A stretch of 32,000 nucleotides of DNA, taken from Aliivibrio fischeri ES114 (GTDB lineage: Bacteria > Pseudomonadota > Gammaproteobacteria > Enterobacterales > Vibrionaceae). Location: the NCBI RefSeq assembly GCF_000011805.1, contig NC_006840.2, one strand, 5' to 3'. Both the position numbers and the translations under genes were made by a program. Position 1 is the stretch's first letter, and each line of letters starts with the position of its first letter. Positions 23,058 to 32,000 of this stretch are shown piece by piece. The notes beneath the pieces are model-generated. The model ran no database searches, had not been told where the DNA came from, and worked only from the letters and a program-made list of their open reading frames with translations.

Positions 23058-24041
23058 ATGTCTGAACACGCTTTTAATTTCAGTACGCTTACCCCTGATT
23101 TACTCTGGAATGCTCTTGCTGATATCGGCATTAGAGCAGAGTCAGGTTTTCTTGCTTTAAACAGTTATGAAAACCGTGTCTATCAATTTACCGACGAAGA
23201 ACGACGTCGTTATGTTGTGAAGTTTTATCGCCCACAACGTTGGTCTGAAGCTCAAATACTTGAAGAACACTTATTTGCTCGACAACTTGTTCAACAAGAT
23301 ATTCCAATCGCTGCTCCATTGGAAATTAACGGCAAAACCCTACACTCAGCCAATGGTTATTGGTTTGCACTTTTTGATAGCTTAGGAGGCCGCACATTTG
23401 AGGTCGATAATTTTGATCAATTAGAGTGGGTGGGACGCTTTTTAGGCCGCATTCATAAAGTAGGGGAATCCGAGTTATTTCAACATCGTCCAACAATAGG
23501 GCTAGATGAGTACTTGTATCAACCAAGAAAACTATTAGAAAACAGCTCGTTTATCCCGACACATTTAGAAAATAGCTTTTTCTCTGATATGGATATGTTG
23601 ATTCAACAAATCGAACAACACTGGCAACCAAGTAAATCCATTCGACTGCACGGTGATTGTCACCCTAGCAATATTTTATGGCGTGATGGTCCATTATTTG
23701 TTGATTTAGATGACGCCAGAAATGGCCCAGCCGCACAAGATATCTGGATGCTGTTAAATGGTGATCGCCAAGATAAGCTTGTTCAGTTAGATATTTTGTT
23801 GGAATCTTATTCTGAGTTTTGCGATTTTGACCACAACCAGTTGAAACTAATTGAACCTTTACGTGGTCTACGAATGGTGCACTACATGGCATGGCTTGCA
23901 AAACGTTGGCAAGATCCTGCTTTTCCTATTGCATTTCCATGGTTTGCCGACGCAAAATACTGGGAAAGTCAGGTTCTCGGATTTAAAGAACAAATAGCCG
24001 CATTAAACGATGCACCTTTAGAACTGATGCCACAATGGTAA
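23058..24041 (+). CDS. srkA: Stress response serine/threonine kinase SrkA (YihE/RdoA)
   Basis: ORF 23046-24041, start set at MSEHAFNFSTL; RLHGDCHPSNILWRDGPLFVDLDDARNGPAAQDIWMLL kinase motifs; directly upstream of dsbA. Confidence 0.94.
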   Translation: MSEHAFNFSTLTPDLLWNALADIGIRAESGFLALNSYENRVYQFTDEERRRYVVKFYRPQRWSEAQILEEHLFARQLVQQDIPIAAPLEINGKTLHSANGYWFALFDSLGGRTFEVDNFDQLEWVGRFLGRIHKVGESELFQHRPTIGLDEYLYQPRKLLENSSFIPTHLENSFFSDMDMLIQQIEQHWQPSKSIRLHGDCHPSNILWRDGPLFVDLDDARNGPAAQDIWMLLNGDRQDKLVQLDILLESYSEFCDFDHNQLKLIEPLRGLRMVHYMAWLAKRWQDPAFPIAFPWFADAKYWESQVLGFKEQIAALNDAPLELMPQW

Positions 24042-24081
24042 AATATAATACTAATCACAAATGGATTGGAGAGAGTTACAC

Positions 24082-24684
24082 ATGATGAAGAAAATGATGG
24101 CACTGTTTGGTGCTTTAGTACTGAGTTTTTCAGTAAATGCAGCAAACTTTACAGAAGGCGATTACTACAAAGTTCTTGACCTACCAGAATCAAAAACACC
24201 GACAGTGAATGAATTTTTCTCTTTTTACTGCCCACATTGTAATAGCTTTGAACCGCTTATTCAGGGTCTAAAGAAAACACTACCAGATGATGCAACGTTT
24301 AAGAAAACTCACGTTTCATTCATGGGTGGACCAATGGGCTTATCAATGAGTAAAGCCTATGCAACAATGGTTTCTCTAGGTATCGAAGATAAAATGATTC
24401 CTGTTTTCTTCAACCGTATCCATACAATGAACAAACCACCACGTAATGAAAAAGAAATTCGTCAGATCTTCCTAGATGAAGGCGTTAACGCTGATGAGTT
24501 CGACGGTACATACAATAGCTTTGCTATTAACTCTATGGTTAACCGTTTTGATAAATCATTCCAAGACAGTGGCTTAACGGGTGTTCCTGCATTAATCGTT
24601 AACAACAAATACCTTGTTGAAACGGGTAAAATCAAAAGTGCTGATGAGTACTACGAGTTAGTAAACTGGTTACTTAAAAAGTAA
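24082..24684 (+). CDS. dsbA: Periplasmic thiol:disulfide oxidoreductase DsbA
   Basis: Signal peptide [20 protein letters not shown], active site FYCPHC, cis-Pro loop GVPALIV. Confidence 0.96.
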   Translation: MMKKMMALFGALVLSFSVNAANFTEGDYYKVLDLPESKTPTVNEFFSFYCPHCNSFEPLIQGLKKTLPDDATFKKTHVSFMGGPMGLSMSKAYATMVSLGIEDKMIPVFFNRIHTMNKPPRNEKEIRQIFLDEGVNADEFDGTYNSFAINSMVNRFDKSFQDSGLTGVPALIVNNKYLVETGKIKSADEYYELVNWLLKK

Positions 24685-24700
24685 TAAAATAAGCAAATAA

Positions 24701-24730
24701 AAAGGGAGCGAATTATCGCTCCCTTTTTTT
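24701..24730. terminator. Intrinsic terminator between convergent dsbA and acyltransferase genes
   Basis: AAAGGGAGCG-AATTAT-CGCTCCCTTTTTTT. Confidence 0.85.
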
Positions 24731-25604
24731 ATTCTTTGGCTTTTAAAACACCTTGAAGGTATTCATCTTTTTCTTTCCATAAGTCGTTTACCCACTTATG
24801 AAAGCCACGTTTAAAGGTTTTATCTCCAAAGTAATCACCATTCACTTTTTCATCATTTGGATGCAAGTTAATACGAACAACAACTTTGGTTAATTTCCCT
24901 TGTAGCATATCGATAAATGGTGATTCTTGGTTATCAGGATACGCCAGTGTGACATCAACAATCCCATCAAATAATTCACCCATAGCTGAAAGAGTAAAAG
25001 CGATACCACCAACTTTTGGCTTAAACAAATGTTGGTAAGGTGTTCTTGCTTCTTTTAGCTTTTCAGGCGTCGCTCGTGTTCCCTCAACAAAATTAACCAC
25101 CGTTGTAGGAACAGCTCGAAAGTTTTCACAAGACTTTTGAATCGCTTTAAAATCATCTTCACGACGTTCAGGATCTCGGCGCATAAATGGCATATCCGCC
25201 CCCCAACACGCAAGTCCTACAAAAGGAACGTAAAGTAATTCATGCTTCAAAAAGAACTTAGTCATAGGTATTTTATCTTTCATTACCGAAGACAAAATAA
25301 CAATATCAGCCCAACTCACATGGTTTGATAGCAAAAGATACCAATTATCTTGAGATAAGCTTTCACCACCTTCAATCTCCCACTCAATATTATTATTAAT
25401 ATTAAGCATCCACAGATTTAATGTAGCCCATCCCCATAATGTTTTATTCGCCATCGATACCGTAATTTTTTTTACGATAGCAAAAGGAAGAAGTAATTTA
25501 ATTATTGCAAAGAAGCTGATAATTAAAGATGTTAATGCTGTATTTAGCATTACAAGTAATACACTGATAACCAGCCTAATATTAGCAATCATAGAACTCT
25601 TCAT
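24729..25604 (-). CDS. 1-acyl-sn-glycerol-3-phosphate acyltransferase family protein (YihG-like)
   Basis: 291 aa; PlsC motifs SNHVSWADI and NFVEGTR; next to dsbA as E. coli yihG is nearby. Confidence 0.88.
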   Translation of the reverse strand: MKSSMIANIRLVISVLLVMLNTALTSLIISFFAIIKLLLPFAIVKKITVSMANKTLWGWATLNLWMLNINNNIEWEIEGGESLSQDNWYLLLSNHVSWADIVILSSVMKDKIPMTKFFLKHELLYVPFVGLACWGADMPFMRRDPERREDDFKAIQKSCENFRAVPTTVVNFVEGTRATPEKLKEARTPYQHLFKPKVGGIAFTLSAMGELFDGIVDVTLAYPDNQESPFIDMLQGKLTKVVVRINLHPNDEKVNGDYFGDKTFKRGFHKWVNDLWKEKDEYLQGVLKAKE

Positions 25605-25691
25605 TTATAGATTAGAGTGAATATTATCCACATGATAGCAAGTCAGGTCTTTTTTTTGTGAACAATCTTTCATTGCATCTCAATAAAAGGA

Positions 25692-27218
25692 TCAGACTGC
25701 TTGAGCAGATAATTGTTTTAGCAACCGATCCATAGCTCGATAACCTACTGCCTCAGCTAAGTGGATTCGTTGAATATTTTCTTCAGCTGATAAATCAGCG
25801 ATGGTGCGTGCCACTTTGATAATTCGATGATAAGCCCGAATGGATAACCCTAGCTGGTGTAGCGTATTTTCTAAAAATGCAGCATCTTCCTTGTCTAGTG
25901 GACAATGCTTTTCAATTTCTCGACTTCCTAATAATGCATTCACTTTACCATTACGCTCTAACATGCGAGCGCGAGCCTGTAAAACTCGATGTTTTACTGC
26001 TTGCGTACTTTCACCTCTATCTCCACCTTCTGTGAGCGTCCCTTTAGGTAATAGCGGTATTTCTAATGACATATCAAAGCGATCTAACAAAGGTCCAGAT
26101 ATTCGATTAAGGTAACGTAAAATCAACTGTGGATTGGTTCGCGTTTGGTTCCCCTCATAATAACCTGTAGGGCTAGGATTTAATGCTCCGACCAATTGAA
26201 AACGTGCAGGAAAACGTGTTTTACTCGCGGCGCGTGAGATGACTATCTCACCAGATTCTAGTGGTTCCCGCAGTGAATCAAGCACTTTTCTTTCAAACTC
26301 CGGCATCTCATCTAAAAATAAAATACCATTGTGAGCTAATGATATTTCCCCCGGTCGAGGGATAGAGCCACCACCCACCAATGCTGCCATAGAGCTAGAA
26401 TGATGAGGTGAACGAAAAGGACGGGCTCGCCAATTAGACTCTGTAATATTTTGATGAGTCAACGAGGCTACCGCTGCCGTTTCTAACGCTTCATCATTGG
26501 TCATTTCTGGCAATAAATCACTCATACGGGAAGCGAGCATGGTTTTACCTGTACCTGGAGGGCCTAAGTACAATAAATTATGTCCTCCAGCAGCTGCTAT
26601 CTCTAACGCTCGCTTACCTTGCTGTTGACCAATAATATCTTGTAAATCACGCTCTAAAGATAAGGATTGCTCTTCGAGCTGAGGAGTAGTTAATAAACTG
26701 AGTTGCTGTTGCCCACACAAAAAACCACACACAGCTAGTAGGTGAGGCGCAGATTTATGAATATCCTTTCCAACCAACGCAGCCTGATCACCATTATCAT
26801 CAGGAACAATTAAGCAGCGTTTAGCATTAAGTGAAGCTAAAGCGGCAGGTAAAACACCTTTTACTCGACGTAACTCACCAGAAAGAGCCAACTCACCAAC
26901 AAATTCATGACCATCCAATTTATTTTCAGGTATTTGATCTGATGCTGCTAGGATCCCAAGAGCAATAGGAAGATCAAATCTTCCACCTTCTTTTGGAAGA
27001 TCCGCAGGAGCTAAATTAACGGTGATCTTTTTAGATGGAAACTCAAAGTTGGCATTAATGATTGCACTTCTTACTCTGTCTTTTGCTTCTTTTACTGTTG
27101 TTTCTGGTAAGCCAACCAGACTAAATCCTGGCATCCCATTACTAATATGAACTTCAACCGTCACCGGTGGTGCTTCTACACCTACACAAGCTCGACTGTG
27201 TATTATTGCTAATCCCAT
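25692..27218 (-). CDS. comM: YifB-family Mg chelatase-like AAA ATPase / ComM
   Basis: 508 aa; MGLAIIHSRACVGVEAPPVTVEVH, YLGPPGTGKTMLASR, HNGILFLDEMPEF. Confidence 0.95.
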   Translation of the reverse strand: MGLAIIHSRACVGVEAPPVTVEVHISNGMPGFSLVGLPETTVKEAKDRVRSAIINANFEFPSKKITVNLAPADLPKEGGRFDLPIALGILAASDQIPENKLDGHEFVGELALSGELRRVKGVLPAALASLNAKRCLIVPDDNGDQAALVGKDIHKSAPHLLAVCGFLCGQQQLSLLTTPQLEEQSLSLERDLQDIIGQQQGKRALEIAAAGGHNLLYLGPPGTGKTMLASRMSDLLPEMTNDEALETAAVASLTHQNITESNWRARPFRSPHHSSSMAALVGGGSIPRPGEISLAHNGILFLDEMPEFERKVLDSLREPLESGEIVISRAASKTRFPARFQLVGALNPSPTGYYEGNQTRTNPQLILRYLNRISGPLLDRFDMSLEIPLLPKGTLTEGGDRGESTQAVKHRVLQARARMLERNGKVNALLGSREIEKHCPLDKEDAAFLENTLHQLGLSIRAYHRIIKVARTIADLSAEENIQRIHLAEAVGYRAMDRLLKQLSAQAV

Positions 27219-27406
27219 TTATATACCCAACTTATTTGATTAAAGACCAATCTGTATTGATTTTATGTTTTTGTTATATATAAGCGCTAAATGAACGAGA
27301 ATTGTGAATTAAATGATAGTTTTTTCTTGTCATGAGAGCCATGTCTGTGTTACCACTAAGTTAATGTAACGAAATATCAAAAAGAAAACGTTTACGGATA
27401 GATAAA

Positions 27407-27496
27407 ATGACCTTTTTTGCTCAACTGAATATTCTGATTATTAACATTCTAGTGGTGATTCTGGTCACCGCTCGGGGATGTGTGAGCAAAAAGTAG
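27407..27496 (+). CDS. ilvL: ilv operon leader (attenuator) peptide
   Basis: 29-aa ORF MTFFAQLNILIINILVVILVTARGCVSKK with 5 Ile, 4 Leu and 4 Val, immediately followed by a terminator and then ilvG. Confidence 0.93.
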   Translation: MTFFAQLNILIINILVVILVTARGCVSKK

Positions 27497-27512
27497 AGTT
27501 ACAAGCACACTA

Positions 27513-27548
27513 AAAACCCCCAAGCCAACAAGCAAGGGGGTTTTTTTA
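27513..27548 (+). terminator. ilv attenuator terminator
   Basis: AAAACCCCC-AAGCCAACAAGCAA-GGGGGTTTTTTTAT. Confidence 0.92.
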
Positions 27549-27625
27549 TAAGTTCAGGAAGAGAAATGGGGGCACATGATGTGCGAGAGAAAACAGACAA
27601 CCACTCACGCAGGGAGCGAAAGAGT

Positions 27626-29272
27626 ATGAATGGCTCACAGTTAGTAGTAAAAGCCTTAAGAGACGAAGGAATTGAAACCGTCTTTGGTTATCCTGGTGGG
27701 GCTATCATGCCTATTTATGATGCATTATATGATGGTGGCGTTGAGCACATATTATGTCGTCATGAACAAGGTGCAGCAATGGCTGCAATAGGAATGGCAA
27801 GAGCAAGCAAAGATGTTGCTGTATGCCTTGCAACATCAGGTCCAGGAGCAACAAACCTAATTACGGGTCTTGCTGATGCCATGTTAGATTCCATTCCTCT
27901 TGTTGCTATCACAGGTCAAGTGGCGAGTAATTTAATCGGTACTGATGCTTTCCAAGAAATGGATGTCATCGGTATGTCTCTCTCATGTACTAAACACAGT
28001 TATTTGGTTACTGATATCAATGAACTTGCACCTGTGATTGCTGAAGCATTTGAGGTAGCAAAATCAGGACGTCCCGGCCCTGTATTAATTGATATAGCCA
28101 AAGACGTACAACTCGCTGAAGCTCCTGTTACTTCTCTTCCATATTTTGAAGCACCTAGTATCCCTGTTGTTGTTCCTGAAGCTATTGAAGCGGCTGAGGC
28201 ATTACTAAGAGCCAGCAACAAACCGGTATTGTATGTGGGTGGCGGTGTTCAACTGGCACACGCAACCGACTCTGTTCGTGATTTTTTAACCAATAATCCG
28301 ATGCCTTCAGTAAGTACATTAAAAGGTTTAGGTTCAATAGGAAGACACGATCCCCATTATCTTGGAATGGTAGGTATGCACGGCACTAAAGCTGCCAACC
28401 TAATTGTTCAAGAATCTGATTTACTTATTGTTGTTGGTGCTCGTTTTGATGATCGTGTGACAGGAAAATTAGAAAGCTTTGCTCCTCATGCGAAAGTAAT
28501 CCATATCGATATTGATGCAGCAGAATTCAATAAGCTTCGCCACGCTCATTCAACACTACGCGGTGACATAAAGGTTATCCTTCCTCAATTGAAACTAGAG
28601 CAGGACCTTACCCCTTGGTTAGAACATGTTTCTTCTCTTCGCTCTGAATTTAAATGGCGCTACGATCACCCGGGTGAATTAATTTATGCCCCTCTGCTAC
28701 TAAAGCAACTTTCTGACATGATGCCAGACAGCGCTATCGTATCGACAGATGTAGGCCAACATCAAATGTGGGCAGCTCAACATATCCAACCTCGAGCTCC
28801 TGAAAATTACCTCACTTCCGCAGGTCTTGGCACCATGGGGTTCGGTTTACCCGCTGCAATGGGAGCAAAAGTGGCTCGTCCTGATGATCAATCTATTCTG
28901 ATTTCAGGTGATGGTTCTTTCATGATGAATGTACAAGAACTCGGTACGATTAAGCGTAAACAAATCCCTGTGAAGATGGTTCTTATTAACAACCAACGTT
29001 TAGGCATGGTTCGCCAATGGCAATCTTTGTTTTTTGATGGCCGCCACAGTGAAACCATTCTTGATGATAATCCTGATTTTGTTGCTCTTGCTGCCGCCTT
29101 TGGTATTCCTGGAAAAACCATCACAATAAAAGAAGAAGTAGAACCCGCTTTAAAAGAAATGCTTGAAAGCGACACGGCTTATCTGCTGCATGTTCTTATT
29201 TCAGAAGAAGAAAACGTATGGCCTTTGGTTCCGCCAGGCGCTGCAAACCAAGATATGGTGGAGGGAGAATAA
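27626..29272 (+). CDS. ilvG: Acetolactate synthase II large subunit
   Basis: Intact about 548 aa; [34 protein letters not shown]; start set at 27626 behind a GGGAG-like RBS, not the track start. Confidence 0.96.
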   Translation: MNGSQLVVKALRDEGIETVFGYPGGAIMPIYDALYDGGVEHILCRHEQGAAMAAIGMARASKDVAVCLATSGPGATNLITGLADAMLDSIPLVAITGQVASNLIGTDAFQEMDVIGMSLSCTKHSYLVTDINELAPVIAEAFEVAKSGRPGPVLIDIAKDVQLAEAPVTSLPYFEAPSIPVVVPEAIEAAEALLRASNKPVLYVGGGVQLAHATDSVRDFLTNNPMPSVSTLKGLGSIGRHDPHYLGMVGMHGTKAANLIVQESDLLIVVGARFDDRVTGKLESFAPHAKVIHIDIDAAEFNKLRHAHSTLRGDIKVILPQLKLEQDLTPWLEHVSSLRSEFKWRYDHPGELIYAPLLLKQLSDMMPDSAIVSTDVGQHQMWAAQHIQPRAPENYLTSAGLGTMGFGLPAAMGAKVARPDDQSILISGDGSFMMNVQELGTIKRKQIPVKMVLINNQRLGMVRQWQSLFFDGRHSETILDDNPDFVALAAAFGIPGKTITIKEEVEPALKEMLESDTAYLLHVLISEEENVWPLVPPGAANQDMVEGE

Positions 29273-29517
29273 TGCAACGTTATATTTTAGAAATTGAAGC
29301 TAACGATAGACCGGTTTTATTAGAACGTGTATTACGCGTTATTCGTCACCGTGGTTTTATCATCAAGCAAGTATTAGCAACACAAAATCAAGCCAGCAAA
29401 GTAGCTGCAATTGAAATCATCGTAGAAAGTGACCGACCAATTAGCCTTCTTACTAATCAAATAGAAAAGCTTTGGGATATTACCGCCGTTAACGTTTCTA
29501 CATTACATCGCGCATAA
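29272..29517 (+). CDS. ilvM: Acetolactate synthase II small subunit
   Basis: [34 protein letters not shown]-type domain; ATG overlaps the ilvG stop (TAATG). Confidence 0.95.
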   Translation: MQRYILEIEANDRPVLLERVLRVIRHRGFIIKQVLATQNQASKVAAIEIIVESDRPISLLTNQIEKLWDITAVNVSTLHRA

Positions 29518-29529
29518 GGATTAGTGACA

Positions 29530-30477
29530 ATGTCAAAGACAGCAGATTTTATTTGGTTTAATGGTGAGATGGTTCCTTGGGCAGACGCAAATGTGCACGT
29601 TCTGACTCACGCAATGCATTATGGAACATCCGTTTTTGAAGGGGTGCGTTGTTATAACACGCCAAATGGTCCAATTATTTTCCGCCACCCAGAGCACGCA
29701 AAACGTTTAAAAAATTCCGCTAAAATTTATCGCTTCCCAATTCCATATACTGAAGAAGAAATTATGGAAGCAACACGTGAAACCTTACGTCAAAACAAAC
29801 TCGATTCTGCTTATATTCGTCCTTTGGGCTTTGTAGGAAATGTTGGTTTAGGTGTTTGCCCACCAGAAGATACGGAAATGGAACTCATTATTGCTGCATT
29901 CCCATGGGGATCTTACCTAGGAGAAGAAGCATTAGAAAATGGGGTTGATGCCATGATTTCAAGTTGGAACCGTGCTGCACCAAATACCATTCCAACCGCA
30001 GCAAAAGCAGGTGGTAACTATTTATCTTCTTTATTGGTTGGTGGTGAAGCCCGTCGTCATGGTTACGATGAAGGTATTGCTTTAAGTGTTGATGGCTATC
30101 TTTCTGAAGGAGCTGGTGAAAACCTATTTGTTGTTCGTGATGGTATTCTTTCTACGCCACCTGCAACCAGTGCCATCTTACCGGGAATAACTCGAGATTC
30201 TATCATGACGCTTGCAAAAGATATGGGGTATGAAATTCGTGAAGAAAACATCGCACGCGAAGCGCTATATCTTGCAGACGAAGTATTTATGACAGGCACA
30301 GCGGCTGAAATCGTTCCAGTACGCTCTGTTGACAAGATTACCGTTGGTGAAGGTAAACGTGGTCCTATCACAAAAGAGATCCAAGCCGCTTACTTTGGTC
30401 TGTTCAATGGAACAACCGAAGATAAATGGGGTTGGTTAGATTACGTATACCCAGAAAATGCACCATCAGCTAAATAA
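29530..30477 (+). CDS. ilvE: Branched-chain-amino-acid aminotransferase
   Basis: [42 protein letters not shown] (GTG at 29524 is an alternative start). Confidence 0.97.
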   Translation: MSKTADFIWFNGEMVPWADANVHVLTHAMHYGTSVFEGVRCYNTPNGPIIFRHPEHAKRLKNSAKIYRFPIPYTEEEIMEATRETLRQNKLDSAYIRPLGFVGNVGLGVCPPEDTEMELIIAAFPWGSYLGEEALENGVDAMISSWNRAAPNTIPTAAKAGGNYLSSLLVGGEARRHGYDEGIALSVDGYLSEGAGENLFVVRDGILSTPPATSAILPGITRDSIMTLAKDMGYEIREENIAREALYLADEVFMTGTAAEIVPVRSVDKITVGEGKRGPITKEIQAAYFGLFNGTTEDKWGWLDYVYPENAPSAK

Positions 30478-30494
30478 TTTATAAGGATATAAGA

Positions 30495-32000
30495 ATGCCA
30501 ACTTATCGTTCAGCCACCACCACTCACGGACGTAACATGGCCGGAGCACGCGCTTTATGGCGTGCAACTGGCGTTAAAGAAGATGACTTTGGTAAACCCA
30601 TCATTGCTGTTGTTAACTCATTTACTCAATTTGTTCCGGGTCACGTACATCTTAAAGACATGGGACAACTTGTTGCTGGCGAAATAGAAAAAGCCGGCGG
30701 TATCGCCAAAGAGTTTAATACTATCGCCGTTGATGATGGTATCGCTATGGGTCACGGTGGCATGCTTTATTCTCTGCCATCACGCGAACTCATTGCAGAC
30801 TCTGTTGAATACATGGTTAATGCTCACTGTGCTGATGCTATGGTATGTATTTCTAACTGCGACAAAATTACCCCAGGAATGATGATGGCTGCAATGCGTC
30901 TTAACATTCCAGTAATTTTTGTGTCAGGCGGCCCAATGGAAGCAGGAAAAACTAAGCTTTCAGATCAAATAATCAAACTGGATCTTGTTGATGCAATGAT
31001 CCAAGGTGCCGATCCTACGGTTTCCGATGCTCAAAGTGAGCAGATCGAGCGTTCAGCTTGTCCAACTTGTGGATCGTGTTCAGGAATGTTCACGGCTAAC
31101 TCAATGAACTGTTTAACCGAAGCGCTCGGTTTATCTCAACCAGGTAATGGCTCAATGCTCGCTACTCACGCCGACCGCGAGCAGCTGTTTATTAATGCAG
31201 GTAAACGTATTGTTGAATTAACAAAGCGTTATTATGAGCAAGATGATGAATCAGCACTTCCAAGAAATATTGCCGACCGTGCTGCATTTGAAAATGCCAT
31301 GGCACTTGATATCGCAATGGGTGGTTCTAGTAATACCGTTCTTCACCTTTTAGCTTCTGCTCAAGAAGGCGAAATTGATTTCGATATGGGTGACATTGAT
31401 GAGATGTCTCGTCGAGTACCTCACTTGTGTAAAGTCGCTCCATCAACGCCTAAATATCATATGGAAGATGTTCACCGAGCAGGTGGTGTAATGGCTATCC
31501 TTGGTGAGTTAGATAGAGCTGGGCTTCTGAATAATCAAACAAAAACGGTTCTTGGCTTAACCATGCAAGAGCAACTTGCACAATACGATATTATGCAAAC
31601 TGAAGACGAAGAGATCCTTAAATTCTTCCGTGCAGGACCTGCAGGGATCCGAACAACAAAAGCATTCTCGCAAGATTGCCGTTGGGATCGCCTTGATGAC
31701 GACCGAAAAGAAGGGTGTATTCGAACCAAAGAAAATGCCTTTAGCCAAGAAGGTGGTCTCGCCGTTCTATCTGGCAATATAGCGGTTGATGGTTGTATTG
31801 TAAAAACCGCCGGCGTTGATGAAGAAAATCTAAAGTTCCAAGGTCCAGCCATTGTTTTTGAAAGCCAAGACTCAGCGGTAGAAGGCATTTTAGGTGGAAA
31901 AGTTAAAGCGGGTGAAGTCGTTGTTATTCGCTACGAAGGTCCAAAGGGTGGTCCAGGTATGCAAGAAATGCTTTACCCAACCACTTACTTGAAATCAATG
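30495..32000 (+). CDS. ilvD: Dihydroxy-acid dehydratase (3'-truncated by the window edge)
   Basis: Open frame from ATG at 30495 to the window end: [57 protein letters not shown]; not in the ORF track because no stop is present. Confidence 0.97.
   Translation, partial: MPTYRSATTTHGRNMAGARALWRATGVKEDDFGKPIIAVVNSFTQFVPGHVHLKDMGQLVAGEIEKAGGIAKEFNTIAVDDGIAMGHGGMLYSLPSRELIADSVEYMVNAHCADAMVCISNCDKITPGMMMAAMRLNIPVIFVSGGPMEAGKTKLSDQIIKLDLVDAMIQGADPTVSDAQSEQIERSACPTCGSCSGMFTANSMNCLTEALGLSQPGNGSMLATHADREQLFINAGKRIVELTKRYYEQDDESALPRNIADRAAFENAMALDIAMGGSSNTVLHLLASAQEGEIDFDMGDIDEMSRRVPHLCKVAPSTPKYHMEDVHRAGGVMAILGELDRAGLLNNQTKTVLGLTMQEQLAQYDIMQTEDEEILKFFRAGPAGIRTTKAFSQDCRWDRLDDDRKEGCIRTKENAFSQEGGLAVLSGNIAVDGCIVKTAGVDEENLKFQGPAIVFESQDSAVEGILGGKVKAGEVVVIRYEGPKGGPGMQEMLYPTTYLKSM

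Noticed and set aside
27566-27625. Extended N-terminus of ilvG in the ORF track ([20 protein letters not shown])
   Set aside because: Acetolactate synthase large subunits begin near [11 protein letters not shown]; the upstream codons look like untranslated leader sequence.
31535-31888. ORFs 31535..31888 (-), 31557..31748 (-) and 31576..31782 (+)
   Set aside because: Lie within the continuous ilvD reading frame, which is absent from the track only because it runs off the window.

Overview
The window looks like an ordinary chromosomal core region of a gammaproteobacterium. Gene content and order point to Vibrionaceae, probably Aliivibrio (an inference; no database was searched). From left to right it contains: (1) the leader and promoter of a further rRNA operon running off the left edge; (2) a complete minus-strand 16S-23S-5S operon with no tRNA in the 16S-23S spacer; (3) yrdA, a DUF1488 gene, aroE, tsaC, purEK with a PurR-like box, a yrdD-like zinc-finger gene, smg, dprA, a LysM gene, def, fmt, rsmB, trkA and trkH; (4) trhA and a Spo0M-family gene; (5) a short unannotated 55-codon ORF with an unusual leader and a strong terminator; (6) yihD, ccoG, srkA, dsbA, a yihG-like acyltransferase gene and comM; (7) ilvL with attenuator, ilvG, ilvM, ilvE and the 5' part of ilvD. 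I found no CRISPR array, transposase, phage gene, toxin-antitoxin pair or defence cassette. The best candidate for something undescribed is the isolated small cistron at about 20631-20996. Its leader can form a 13-bp stem closing a three-way-junction-like fold, and a repeated CCTGACTAT box allows a competing stem just before the start codon. This comes from reading by eye and needs comparative and experimental testing. The rest is mostly known biology.
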